NCBI GenBank assembly: GCA_964016885.1
Contig: OZ024742.1
Location: forward strand, 223,386,001 to 223,450,000
Direction of reading: 5' to 3'
DNA length: 64,000 bases
Source: Eledone cirrhosa
Lineage: Eukaryota
The notes below the pieces were generated by a model. The model was not told the DNA's origin, did no database searches, and worked only from the letters and a program-made list of their open reading frames with translations. The position numbers were made by a program, and so were the translations under genes. Numbering within the stretch: position 1 is the first letter of the stretch; every line of letters starts with the position of its first letter. Below are positions 50,872-64,000 of the stretch, piece by piece.

Positions 50872-51831
50872 ATCATCATCATCATCATCATCATCACCGT
50901 TATATATATATACTAGCCGAATTACCCACGCCTTGCTGCATTTCACACATTTTTTTTTGTAAGAAAATGATGATTGATTTTAAATCAGTGATATAATTTA
51001 TGGAGAAAAACTCTGCATTCAATATTATTCAATGTAAAATGTAATGCGTGAAAACTTTGAAAACATTATTTTTTGTAATATCAAAATTACATTATTAAAT
51101 CTTATTCTTATTTTGTTTCTTGTAAATAGTTTTTTTCAAAATATCAATTCAAAACTTTTGTGAATAGGCATCATATCTTGTCATTTACCTATGGTTTAAA
51201 TTTCATATAAATCAAAGGGAAAAAATTTTCAGTGAGGGTTTTGTGCCGCCGAGGAATCCTTTGATTAAAATGAAATATAATTATCCAAGTACCCTGGGCA
51301 ATGTAGTTTCAGAATGTATATGGTTATGGGGGTCTATCTCCAAAACCATAGGAGGAGTTTGTGAAATCTTGTTCTATTTATTGGCCAAAATTTTCACTAT
51401 AGGGGGTTTAACCCCTATTAGGGTGTCTTATTATTGAAATTTGCTGAAATTTTGTGAATAGGCATCATAACTTGTCATTTACCTATGGTTTAAATTTCAT
51501 ATAAATCAAAGAAGAAAAATTTTCAACGGGCGTTTGTGCCTTCGGGAAACCCTAATAGGGGGTTTAACCCCCATAAGGATGTCTTAATATTATTGAAATT
51601 TGCTGAAATTTTGTAAATAGGCAATTGTCATTTACCTATGGCTTAAATTTCATATAAATTGAAGGAAAAAAATTTTCAGTGGGGGTTTTCAGCCCTTTGA
51701 TTAAAATGAAATATACATAAAAAATCAAATGGGCATGAGCCCCATACAAGTTTCATCAAGATCGGTTTGGTACTTTGAGTTCACAAACAAACACACACAC
51801 AAACAGACAGTAATTACCATTTATGTATATA

Positions 51832-51847
<16 letters not shown>
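50360..51847 (+). mobile_element. Two tandem Helitron/Helentron-like non-autonomous elements with internal repeats
   Basis: The second copy starts tactag...accc.cg (50911). Both end in (caaa)n microsatellite then ..ttta.(ta)n. Repeated internal block ttgtgaataggcatcatatcttgtcatttacctatggtttaaatttcatataaatc and a hairpin at 50536-50567. Confidence 0.55.

Positions 51848-51908
<61 letters not shown>
51846..51908. repeat. (AG)n microsatellite
   Basis: Perfect AG run. Confidence 0.95.
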
Positions 51909-51911
<3 letters not shown>

Positions 51912-52539
51912 TTGTCTAAATAAGAAACAAAATAAGGGGAACAGCAACCTCAATAACAACATTAATCCTTTCCTTACAATCTTTCTATTATTTTGAAATA
52001 GGTGTTTGAAACAAAGGTTCGTATATAAAATTATTGTGGAAGGTTTTAGATAAATATAAACACTTTAACCCCTTTGTTACTATAATGCTAATGAAAGACA
52101 CTGCCTATAATTTTCAAATTTAGCAATATCATTTTTTCATTATTAAGCTGGTGTTTGGAATATAACTTAACGCATAGGCATTTAAACCGGCCATATATGG
52201 CCAGAACTCTCTCCCCTCTTTCTGTTCAAACCAGGCATAACTGGCTGCTTATAGTATTAAGATATTGTTTTCAAAATAAATAACATCAAAATCTCATAGA
52301 TTCAATATTATGTGAGATAATTTACTGTGAAAATACAATACTAAATATAGAGTAATGTAAATGCTGAAGGGTTAAAGGTTCTGAGATGAAATTATGATAT
52401 GTTTTTAGATAGATATAAACACTTAAAAAATAAATGGCTTTGTAGCCTGGAACTAGGTAGTTAGTGTCAGGTGATTTGGTATGAAATGTATTAAAGATCC
52501 AATAACCAAAATGTATTAAAGATCCAATAACCAAATGGT

Positions 52540-52712
52540 GGTCAGAGAAAGAAGACCAAGAAAGGTGTGGGCAGAAGTGGTGAAATCTGATCTGAGGATG
52601 CTGAACCTACACAGGTCCTCTCCAACATTGGCAAAACTCAATGTTGGAGAGGACCTGTGAAACCCAGGCTAGTTTGGAAAAGATACAGACATGATGATGA
52701 TGATGATGATGG
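52540..52712 (+). mobile_element. RTE 3' remnant containing a perfect 21-bp hairpin
   Basis: RPRKVWAEVVKSDLRMLNL translation and (GAT)n tail; inverted repeat at 52610-52630 and 52639-52659. Confidence 0.7.
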
Positions 52713-53081
52713 TAATTTAAGCTTCAATTACATGCGACATATCTAGGAAGTTACACCAAAGTGGTTGGTGATAGGAAGTGTATCCAGGGGACTCTTCAGT
52801 TATGTTAAGGATATTACAACCACAGTAGTACTGGGGCTGTGATAATATACACCCACAGCACACCCTGTAATATAGTTGGTAATTGGTTGGGCATCCATCT
52901 GCAGAAACCATGCCATAAAAGCAACATACTAAGCAAAATGGGGTCCCATGACCCTTCTTGGGGGACATTTGTTCTGGTTAAGTACTAACTTGGTTTGTCT
53001 CTGTCCAATTCATACTAACAGAAAAAGTGGGCATAAAATGATAATGTTGATGATGATTTATTAATATATTTTTTTTAAATG

Positions 53082-53346
53082 GGTGTGTCCCAATGCAAAT
53101 GACTATAATAATAGTCAATCACTATAAACAATAGTTGATAAAATCAGGTAAAGTACCTCTGGAGATGGAAAAAAGTGGACAGAGGTGACTCTTTAGCAGA
53201 GTGGTTAACACATTCACCTGGCATAAGAGAGATATGGTATCTGATTCCTCACAGTCACCTCTGTCCACTTTTTTCTATCTCCTAGAGAGCTTTTGTTTGA
53301 GTGATTGATTATTATTATTATTGTCATTCGCATTGCAACACACACA
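53082..53346. mobile_element. Fold-back element with tRNA-like core
   Basis: Inner arms 53161-53190 and 53253-53282 (29/30), looser outer arms. The loop has A-box tagcagagtggt and a decayed T-arm. Confidence 0.65.
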
Positions 53347-53503
53347 CACTTCAAATTTGCTTGATTCTTCTTAAGTGAACCGCCTTGTTTTTATATATAT
53401 ATGTATAGGTATGTATATGTATGTGTGTGTGGATATATATATATATATAGGTATTAGAGGTGCAAATTAATTGCGTCTGTAGGCGGTATGCCAGGATCAG
53501 CAC

Positions 53504-53555
<52 letters not shown>

Positions 53556-54017
53556 TTATCATTTTAAAATCCATTTTCCCTGCTAGAAAGGATATATATA
53601 TATATATATATATGAGTGTAGTAAAATCTCAACATATTTTCAGTGACACACAGTTTCACATGTTGAGAGCCAGCAAGATCTCAATTCCACAATTCCACTT
53701 ATTTCAAAGCATACTCTTGCAGTTCGATTCACTATCTTTTATATTATCGATTGTTACTCCCACATCAATCTGGGTGAGGAATTAATGTAGTGAAATCTCA
53801 ATATATTTTCCCATTATGGTTTTCTTAGCCTGCCACACACGATGGCCAAAAGACTGACTTGTGACCTCAGAGCCAAACATCTAGATAATATCCTCTTGTA
53901 GGAATCTATAGGCACCTGAGTTTTCCAAAAAGAGGACAGTTGTAAAGGCCATCAGTTTAATGTTAATGGGCAACCTAAATCTTTTATATACAAGAGATTT
54001 TGACCCCCAAAGACACT

Positions 54018-54450
54018 TTCTGCTTTTCGACTTGGCAAAAATACAGTCTACCTTCCAACTCTGCAACAGATAGTTTGTTTGGCCACATGACAATGTAGAC
54101 ACATGACAATGTAGACACAACCCTGTTGGAATAGGCACTAGCTGAGCTTGCTTCACAGATTCTGCTTTTCAACTTCGCAAAATGCAGTCTGCTCACCTCC
54201 CAACTCTAAATAGATTGTTTGGCCAATATAGCTATGTAGACACGCACTCGCTAGCCAGCCCTACTGGAATAGGCACTAGCTGAGCTTGCTACACAGATTC
54301 TGCTTTTCAACATGGCAAAATATAGTCTGCCCCCACCCCACTCTGACTCTGAACAGATTGTTTGGCCAATATAGCAATATAGACACAAACACAGAAACAC
54401 ACACTTGCTAGCCAACCCTGCTGGAACCAACACTAGCTGAATTTGCTACT
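54018..54450. repeat. ~140-bp tandem repeat, three diverged copies
   Basis: 'ttctgcttttc.ac.t.gcaaaa' recurs at about 54018, 54160 and 54298, each unit ending with 'cactagctga..ttgct'. Confidence 0.85.
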
Positions 54451-55297
54451 AGGTTAGTGAATATCACTATTAAGTGTTCTAGAATTGCACATATAATATA
54501 CTGCATATATACTTGCATCTTTTCTGTTGTTCATTGTTGCACATAAATCATGATACAAATAAACACATTTAAATTAGCAGTGTTTTGTTCATTTGTTAAT
54601 TCTTATCCATGTGATTTAGGAAAATCCTTTTCCCAATGGTAATATCACTTCACACAACAAGCGAGTACATGTACTTGTTTTCCTTGAACATCTCGACTCA
54701 GTGAGAATAATGTTGCCATTACTCGACCAACAAACTACTCACTCATTCAATTACTTCGACATCATCGTCTTGCAACTCATACTACCATCCAACAAATGAA
54801 ACTAAACAATCAACTTTAGCCACGATAAATATAAATATATATATAGAGAGAGAGAGCGTGTAAGTGTGTGTGTGTGTGTGTGGGGGGGGGTGATAATTCA
54901 ATATAGTGCCAATAAAATATGTTGTGGTTGTTTCAATCAAATATTTCTGCTTTCCTTATGAAATACTTTTATGTATTAGTCAAAATAAGTCATTATTATT
55001 AATGTGTTTTATGGTCCACAGCCAAGAAAACCAATTGACACTTGTAACTGTTTCATGTACATCATCATCATCATCATCATCATTACACCCACATTGCTGT
55101 CTGATCACCACCAAGCTTGCATGGGTTACACCCGTTTAGCTGAGTCATTATTTTGTAAAATATGTTCTTCCATGCTGGTATGGGTTGGATGACTATCTCT
55201 CTCCAAGACAGAGTCTTGCCATTTGTTGCATTCTTCTACTGTCTTTTTAGTGAGGTGTAGCATTCTGGTATTAGCTTTTACTACATCTGTCCACTTC

Positions 55298-55484
55298 ATA
55301 ATTGTTTCTACTTTTTGGCACAAGGCCAGCAATTACCCAGTGCATTACTGGTACTTTATTTTTATCGACCCCGTAAGGATGAAAGGCAAAGTTAACCTCG
55401 GCAGGATTTGAACTCAGACCGCAAAGGGACGTAACTATGCTGGAAAGCATGGTGTCCGACCCTCTACCGATACTGCCAATCCAC
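55298..55484 (-). mobile_element. Full-length tRNA-derived SINE (Meta-like)
   Basis: Reverse complement of 39593-39778 with few differences. Confidence 0.9.
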
Positions 55485-58400
55485 AATGGAGTTAAATGGG
55501 GTATGCATAGTGTATTAATTTTTTTAATGCCCACCCTTCTAAAACTGGCTCTGGTGTTGTGAAGCAAAAGACCACATTCAAAGGGATCCTATTTAAATTA
55601 AAATCGTCCAACATCATTTGATATTAGAACCTTCTGTTAATAATGAAATTTAAGTAAAAGCTCTCAAAATTCTTCATTAATTAATTGCAATACAGTGAAT
55701 GTCATTAGAAATACGATAATGAAAGTTTTCAAAATGTTACACATTGCATTTTGTACATAGCTTAGTGGTAAGGGTGTTCAACTCATGATTGTCAGGTTGT
55801 GAGTTCAATTACTGGCAGCAAATTGCATCCTTGAGCAAGACACTTTTCCATGCTTGCAGTGTTTTTTTTATATATATTTTTTTTGTCACCTCCTTTACGA
55901 GGGTCAACATACTAAGATCAACTTTCACTCTTTCTACTCATGTCTTAGTTCTACCTGACACTTCTGGCACTTCATTCAACTGTCAACATCCACCTCCTCC
56001 TTTTTTTACTAAATTATCAACATCCAGACACATCATATGTCCATACCAGTGCAGTCTTCTCTTCTGCATACAACATCCAACTCCTCACATTATTACTAAA
56101 CTGTCATCATCCATACATGTTCATACCAGTGAATTCTCTCTGGCATATAACATCCAACTCCTCATATATTTACTCAATTATCACGAGTTGGATGAAGGCT
56201 AGAGTCTATCCTGGTTTCATAAATGTTAAGTGGCTGAGAGTACAAAACTATCCTCTGGACAGGTTTCCAGTCTGTTTGAAGGACAACTTCCAGCTGTTAC
56301 TGCTGGTACTCAATTTTCTTTTTCAGCTTGAGTGAACTGGAGCAATGTGAAACAAAATGCCTTGCTCAAGGGAGATAATGCACTACCCTGTCCAGGGATT
56401 GAAACCACAACCTTAAAATTGTGAGACCAACACCATAACCACTAAACCACATATCAACAAAACTACCTCTTCAATTGAACCTATGATATTAAAACTGAGA
56501 GACAAACCCCCTAACTACCAGACCACATATCTACAAAACTACCCCTTCAACAGTCCATTACAAAATTAACCCTTAACTGCTACTCACTTTTGTCAGTAAA
56601 GTAAACTGAAGTAACATAGAATGAAATATCTGCCTAGTCTAAAGACTGAAATCACTAGCACATCAACTAGGCCATATGTCTTTGTAACAGATATAAAAAG
56701 AATCCCTCATTGATTTTTATCTGCTTTTCCATGCTGTCATGGGTTGGATGAAGGCCAGAGCCTATCCAAGTTTCATGGGTGTTAAGTGGCTGAGAGTACA
56801 AGACTTTTCTCTGGACAAGACACTGGTCTGTTACTTGTATTTTCAGGAGAGTGGACTGAAGCAACATAAAATGAAGTGTTGCTCAAGGAAAATGAAATGA
56901 AATTTACCCATCTTAGGATGTGTAAATTTCATATATACAAGTTTATACAAGTTTAGCTAGCCTACTACGAAGTTGCATCTCATAGGTTTCTCAGGTGTTT
57001 TAATGAGAGGGGCCTCAGTCTTATGTTGTTGTTTCACCTCTCACTTATGTAGATTTAGTTCATTTCCTATGAAGTTGCATTTCATAGGAAACTTCTTGGC
57101 TGTTTTATTGATAGAGGCCCCAGTTTTATCATGAAAAGCAAAGAGATATGGACACCTTGCCCAAGAACACAGCATGCTACTCAGTCAAGGAATCGAACCT
57201 ATGACCTTAAGGTTATGAGAGCAAACACCTTAATCATTAAGCCACATATCTTCCTAGATATCTTTTCTCCGTGTATGATATAAAAAGAATGTGATTAGTA
57301 AAGGTGGAAGTAAGAGAAAAGTAAGGTGTCTTCAAGTGCAAGTGGTTAATTGTTACGATTACAGGTGAGTGATATTTGGAAGGTTAGAGAGAACTTATAT
57401 AATTATAGGTTTAGAACAATCTGGAAAATAAGACTGAACACTTTGCAAAGGATATATAAGCTAGTCTATGGGAAGTATAAAGTTTAAATTTATATAAACA
57501 TTGATCAGGTGCTAACTTGGCTGTGTGGTTAAGAAGTACGCTTCACAACCACGTGACTGAGTACATTCTCACTGCATAACACTTTAAACTACAAGTGTCA
57601 TTTACTATAGACTTCAGCTGACCAATGTCTTATGAGTGAAATTTGGCAGACAGAAATGGTACATAACTATGTGTATGAGTATATGAAATTCTACAGTCAG
57701 ATGCACTTCCTAAATATGTTAGAAATCTTTGCACATCTAATCGCTAAGAAGCAGGATCCCTGTTTATGTGGAACATAGATATTATCATTTGTGATATCAG
57801 ATGTATATATACACACATACACACACACGCACCCACACACAGCAGGCTTCCTTACAGTTCCATCTACCAAATTCACTCATAAAGCATTGGTCAGCATAAT
57901 GTGCCAGTCAGTGAGATTGAACCCACAATCACATGGTTGTGAAGTGAACTTCTTAACCACACAACCATGCCTACACCTAATATAAAATACAATAAGACTC
58001 ATAAATTTACAAATACTTCCAACTTATAACTTAACCCTTTTGTTAACATATTTTTAACAAAAGACTTACAAAAATTTTCTATTAATTTTGAAAATAATTA
58101 AGAATGTGAAGGGATTTTGTAATATAACTGACATGCTCATTATCAAGTTGTGTGGGAAATAACAAAAAATGTCTCACATAAAATCATAATGGAAGGCTTA
58201 AATTTAAATATGGACACATGAACTTTTAACATCCTGTAATAATTTAGCAGAAAATATCTAAAAATATGTTTGTTAATTCAAATGTTTATAGTATCTTTAC
58301 TAGTGGACAGATCATTGTGAAAATTTGCAGTGAATTAAAGTAAAAAATTTAATGTTTAATGTGATGTAGTTATAGTGCTGTTATGTACTTTTCAAGAATG

Positions 58401-58524
58401 TTTTGCTAATGTGGTTTCATGGAGTACAGCGCATTAAAAGTTGAAATAAACAGCTTTGTATCACAGAACCAGTGGTACAAGGAATATCAGTATTAATAGT
58501 GCATGCCTTATTGGTTATTTGTAA

Positions 58525-58750
58525 GCAGTGCATATTGTAGTACTATATAACTGACTACATACTGAATAATAAAGTCACAGTGTTATATATTACAGTACTA
58601 TATAACTGACTACATATTCAACAATAGGTAAAGAGTTATATATTGCAGTACTATATTACTGACTACATACTCAACAATAGTCAGGGTGTTAGACATTACA
58701 GTACGATATTAGTCACTACATACTCAACAATAGCCAAAGTGTTATACACA
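58525..58750. repeat. ~53-56-bp minisatellite, four copies
   Basis: Recurring agtactatataactgactacatactcaacaatag...gttata unit. Confidence 0.8.
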
Positions 58751-59516
58751 TTGTGCATTAATGTTGCTAAGTGCTTTTATTGAGCCAAGTCAATAATTTA
58801 ACTGTACCTTAATCTTTAAAAACTGCGTTTTTCGTAAATCTTTTGATGTTTTGGGCAATCTAAATCCATATGTTCGCGATAAAGATTTCCCAAGAGATTT
58901 TTTTCTGCCTTGTAAAATATTCTTGCCTGGATACAATGAAAAAATACATATATGTTGGATTAAGATTTTTTTCTTTTTATTTACACAATTCAGTTCTAAT
59001 GTGCCATAGAACAAAATTCATTGAGTTTATGGAACACAATATAAGTGTTCTAAGGCCATGTAGGTTAGCTGGCCTCCTACAAGGTTGAAACAGGGTCTCT
59101 CTCTGGTATTTTAATGGTAGGGGCCTCACATTTTAATGAATATAAATATAGAAGGTAGGCCATTCATGTGTGAACCATTATAAAAGTTCATATTTATATT
59201 TTTTTTATCAAAACCAACAAAACTTTTACACAAGGAAGGTATACATCTAAAGTACCTTTTGTGCTAAGTTTATTTTTCACCAAAAATTATTTTCTTACTT
59301 TTGCAGATTTTCCACCAAAATTCCTACTATGGACTATTCTCCCACTGAATAAACATGTTTGCTGATATGAATAAACTTCTAGTGCAATAACAGTTAATAA
59401 AAAACACTTAGTGTATAAACATTTCCTTAAGTTTGGTCAAAATATGAAAATGATATGAATTTTTATAATTGTTCACACTTAAATGGCCTTGCATGCATGT
59501 ATGTATGCATGCATGT

Positions 59517-60610
59517 ATTTGGATTTACAATCAGCCTTAAAAAGACCAAAGTAATGTTTACCCCTGCTCCTGGAGAACCATATATTGAACCCAATATCAT
59601 GGTTGATGGAACCAGGTTGGGAGTAGTAGATAAATTTGTCTACTTGGGTAGCACACTGTCAAATGATGGCTCCTTGGATGCTGAAATACATCTGTACATC
59701 CAAAAGGCCTTTGTTGCTTTTTGAAAATTTGAAAAGAGAGGTTGGGCTAGTCACAAAATTACAACAATACCTATGTGTGCGTGTGTAGATCATGTGTTCT
59801 GTCTGCTCTTTAATACTTCTCCGAAACCTGGAGGTTATTCCATAAACATATCAAATTGCTTGAGCGCTTTCAGTAGAAATGTCTAAGGTGCATATTCAAC
59901 ATTCAAAGCAGAATGTCCAGGCATTGAGTCTCTAGAAATAGCTTCCCAAATGCGCTGGACAGGAAATATCATCTGCATGAAAGAAAGCAAGATCCCAAAG
60001 CAACTGTTTTACAGTGAGCTCCATCTTGGCCTCAACACAAACTGAAAATGTGGTACAAGGACAGCATCAAGAAAAACCTCAAAGAGCTGGCATTTGATAT
60101 AGACAGCTGGGAGAATATAGCTCTAAATAGGGCTGAGTGGAGAAAGCATATAAAGGGCAGATGCAAAACGTTTGAGGAATGTCGTCTGGAGCATAAACAA
60201 CTGAAGAATCAGCTCCGGAAGGATTATATTCACAGTCTTGATGAAGAAATCAGTAGTTGGACATGCAAATTCTGTCAACATGTACTCCTCTTAAAAGCTG
60301 GTTATGTTAATCACCTGAAGTCACAACCATCCTCAACAAAGACCTGGTGAAATAACGTGCATGATATGCAACAAAGTGTGTAGAACTAGTTCCTCACTAA
60401 AATAAACGCATGGTGGCGCATAAAGATTCTAACCCACAAAATGACCCTACCAATCCTGTGGAAAGCACAACTCTCTTCTGTCACCTGTGTCATAAACCAT
60501 GCACATCTGCAGCTGGTCTACAAAGTCATCTATGAAGTCATCGACACAGATGGGATGATAACTGAAGAATCAATAAGAGACAGCAATTGTCTGAAGATGC
60601 AGTAATCCTC
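59517..60610 (+). mobile_element. BovB-like RTE LINE 3' remnant with C-terminal C2H2-like fingers
   Basis: FGFTISLKKTKVM..PAPGEPY.EP.I...VVDKFVYLGSTLS, QMRWTGNIICM, WYKDSIKKNLK...WENIALNRAEWR, then CKFC...GYVNH and CHLC...GLQSHL. Multiple stops. Confidence 0.85.
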
Positions 60611-62217
60611 ATGTATGTATGTATGTCCGTATGTCAGTATGTACGTACATATGTATGTACATATATATATGTATGTATTGATAAAAATAATACATACACA
60701 CATGTATTAATAAAAATGATAAGTTTGTATTATGTAATTCAAAGATTACAAACAAAGAGACAGAAAAAAATCTATAATAATACAGGGAGCAGTGGGGGGG
60801 GGGGGGGGAGCCTGCAAAATATTAAATTTAAAAAAATACTAATCCAGCTACAGCAAACAGTTGTAATTTACTTTGTAAAGTATTGATAAAATATTGATTT
60901 GATATAAAAATAATTCCAATCTTCACATTAAATATTTGAGGGAGTCAATAGCATCATTTGATTCCAAAACAGTAAATTTTATGTAAGAACTGATAAAATA
61001 ATATATATTATTAAACAACCTGCCAAGTAGTGGTATCACCAGAAAACATACCCTGTACACTCCATGGAGTATGTATGTAAGCATCATGAGGACAGTGACT
61101 CTGAATGAATACTGACTTGGTTTGCAATGACCTATCCAACCTATTCCAGCACAAAAAAAGCAGATGCTAAAGGATGAGGATGATGATTACTCTACAGATG
61201 TGTTATAAAATAGTTACTAACCCTTCTGATAACAACTCAGCCCAAACTGGCTCTGATTCTATGAAACAAAACAATCCATTTTAAAAAGTTTCTATTTCAA
61301 TTAAAATCTTCCAACTTAATTTCATATAAGAATAACATGCTATATTAGTATGAAATAATAAATAATTTTAGTAGATCCATCAACATTCTTCATTAATTAA
61401 TTAAAAGAGTAAATTTCATTAGAAATATAGTCACAAAAGAGTTAATAGTTTTAATACCAAAACTGAATCCGATTATAAAGGGTTTCTATTTAAATTAACA
61501 TCTTTCAACATAATTTTATATAAGGATCATATTGTTCATTAATTAATTGAAATATGATCAGAAAAAGGTTAATATAACCCATTATACAGAATATCTCCAA
61601 TGATTCCAGCACTTTTTAACCTTTTTGCTACTATATTCTAATGAAAGACACTACCTATAATTTTCAAAATAATCATGAATTTGGAGTGATTTAGTAATAT
61701 AACTAACTTGCTCATTGTGTTTGGAACTAATGTTCTTACGGACAACTTTGATGGAATGTTCTTCGATAAATATAAACAATTTTTAAAGAATTTATTTAAT
61801 TAAAAATATGGTCACAAGATGGTTAAAATATAATAAATAAAGCACTTTTAGGGCAAGACTAAATAAATGTTTTTTGTGAACAATTAGAGTTTCTTTGGCT
61901 GTATATTTTTCTTAAAACTTCCTTAACAACGAAAATCAGAAGTTTATATATTGAAAACATTAAAGTTGTTTGACACCTAATTAAAAGCTTGACATACAGG
62001 TTACGACAAGTACAAGACTCAGAATAAAACTAGGAATATTTTTAGTTTGAACAAATAAGAAAATTTAAAAAAATATATAATGAAATGTAATCTAAATATA
62101 TCTGGGCTCAATTGCGTTAGAAATAATATTTAATATGATTAAAAGTAGGATATTTAATGTACAAAAACATATATATATTCTAGTCATTTAAGAAAACATT
62201 AACCATTACATAATGTT

Positions 62218-62620
62218 GTTTTTGTTGTTACAGCTCACACCTATGTAGGTTTAGCTGGCCTCCTAAGAAGTTGTATTTCATAGGAGGTTTTTCATCTGTT
62301 TATTGATAGAAGCTCCAGTCCTATCATACATACATATATAAGTTGTTGTTACAGCTAACACCTATGTAAGTTTAGCTGTCCTCCTATGAGGTTACAACTC
62401 ATAAGAGGTTTTGCTTGTATTTTAATGATAGAGGCCCTAGTCCTCTCAAAAAAAGACTTCCCCTGGAATGGACACAACTCAGTTGCTGCGGTTAGCCTCC
62501 AGCTGCTGCAGTTGGTTGCTGTTACAATTCATGTAGGTTACCTCTATATAGGTTTAGATAGCCTCCTATGAGGTTGATCACTTAGGAGGTTTATTGGGTG
62601 TTTTTACTCATAGGGTCTTG
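62218..62620. repeat. Dispersed and tandem ~120-bp repeat family
   Basis: 'gtttagct.gcctccta..aggttg...ataggaggttt...tttaatgatagaggccc' units; also present at about 28230-28435, 56940-57130 and 59055-59125. Confidence 0.7.
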
Positions 62621-62889
62621 TATGACCATGCAAAAGCTTCCTCCTGAGGCCAACATCAGTTCATTGCCAGAGTTAACCTCCAACTACTGTTGGTAATTTT
62701 TTTTTCAACTGAGTGGACTGGAACAATATGTTGTCAGGTCCAGGAATCAAACCTACAACCTTATAATCACTGCTCAACACTTTAACCACTAGGCCACACA
62801 CCTTCATTACACCTTTCCCGTTTAGATATTCTGTCTTACTTTATAGCAACTTACTTTCTAGCAATTCAAATATTATTTTACTCACATTC

Positions 62890-64000
62890 AACGCATTGTA
62901 AAGTGGTTGGTGATTAGAAATGCATCAAGCCACAGAAAACAAGAGGACTTTTCGGTTATGTCAAGAGCACAACAGCCTCTTTTGTGTTGGTGTCATGATA
63001 AACACACCCAGTATACTCTGTAAAGTGGTTGGTGATAGGAAAGGTCTCCAGCCATAGAAAACTTGTCAAACAAAGGATTGAAAGAACTGTTCAGCTGTAT
63101 CAAAGACATGACAACTTTCCTAGAGCTAGTACCACAATGAAATGCACCTGACACTCTCTCTAGAGCACAATTAATGGCTCCAATTAAGTACTGACTTTGT
63201 CTGTGACAACCCATCCCATTTTGCTAGCAAGGTAAATGGATATTAAATGATGATGATGATGATGATACTGTAAATATCACTCATTGAAAGGAATACTACT
63301 TCACTGAATTTTTATTAATTATCTAATTCAGTTTTGCTTACAGATTTGGTGTAACATTTGGATATTAGTTAGTATACCCCCCCCCCCCCGCTAGAATTGG
63401 AACCACACTAAAATGTACCTAGTACATACTGTAAAGTAGTAGTACAGGTACCTTCAATAAAATGCAGCCACTACACACTGTAAGATGGTAGTACAGCAAA
63501 ATATATTCTGTACACGATGTAAAGAAGGGCACCCAACCAGAGAAATCATGCCAAACAAAGGATTGAGAAACCTCTTCAATTGCTTCAAGGACTTGACAAT
63601 CACACTAGAACTGGTGTCATGATAAAATGCACTCAGTACATTCTGTGAAATTAGCATTAGGAAGGGCATCCAATTCAGCCATAGAAAAATCATGCCAAAC
63701 AAATAGTTGAGAGGATTCTTCAGTTACAACAAGAACATATGGTACCACAATAAAATACATCCAGTTCCACTCTGTAAAGGGGTTGGTGTTAGAAAGGGCA
63801 TCCAGCTACAGAAATCAAATCAATAAAAGTGGATAGGATTCTTCAAGTCACATCAAGTACTAGTGACAGCAATAAAATCCCCCCAATATACTCTGTAAAG
63901 TGGTTGGTGTTAGGAGAAACCATATTAAAACTGAAACAAACATAAGCCAGAAGACATGTTCCTTGGCTGATCTATGAGTTCAGTAGCTCCAATTAAGTAT
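62890..64000 (+). repeat. Cluster of degenerate RTE 3' UTR-derived units
   Basis: Repeated 'cacccagta.actctgtaaagtggttggtg.taggaagggcatccagc' motifs with a (GAT)n tail near 63250. Confidence 0.65.

Noticed and set aside
53187-53256. Functional tRNA gene
   Set aside because: Acceptor, anticodon and T stems do not pair properly; treated as a tRNA-derived repeat.

Overview
Repeat-dense, AT-rich animal genomic DNA, not prokaryotic. The repeat complement (RTE-clade LINEs with (GAT)n tails, CORE/Meta-type tRNA SINEs, long (TA)n runs) suggests a cephalopod, probably an octopus; this is inference. Only one host coding exon is recognisable: a 258-nt phase-0/0 minus-strand TPR exon (28707-28964) resembling the first TPR exon of TTC28, so most of the window is probably intronic. 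The rest is filled by two young RTE LINE families (near-complete copies at about 35.9-39.4 kb and 46.0-49.3 kb), CR1, BovB-like RTE and possible HERO remnants, hAT, Tigger and piggyBac-type MITEs, Helitron-like elements, SINEs, and a 6.3-kb satellite with a 2,363-bp higher-order duplication. The most interesting unannotated signal is a set of short non-coding inserts, mostly next to (TA)n tracts, carrying type-I hammerhead ribozyme motifs (CUGAnGA...GAAA-palindrome-UH). Some are arranged as inverted or direct repeats, as in Penelope-like pLTRs and retrozymes. There are also two fold-back elements with tRNA-like loops, a PHD-type finger inside the RTE reverse transcriptase, and a long tail-to-tail LINE inverted repeat. 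Coordinates were read by eye; ends of degenerate repeats are approximate.
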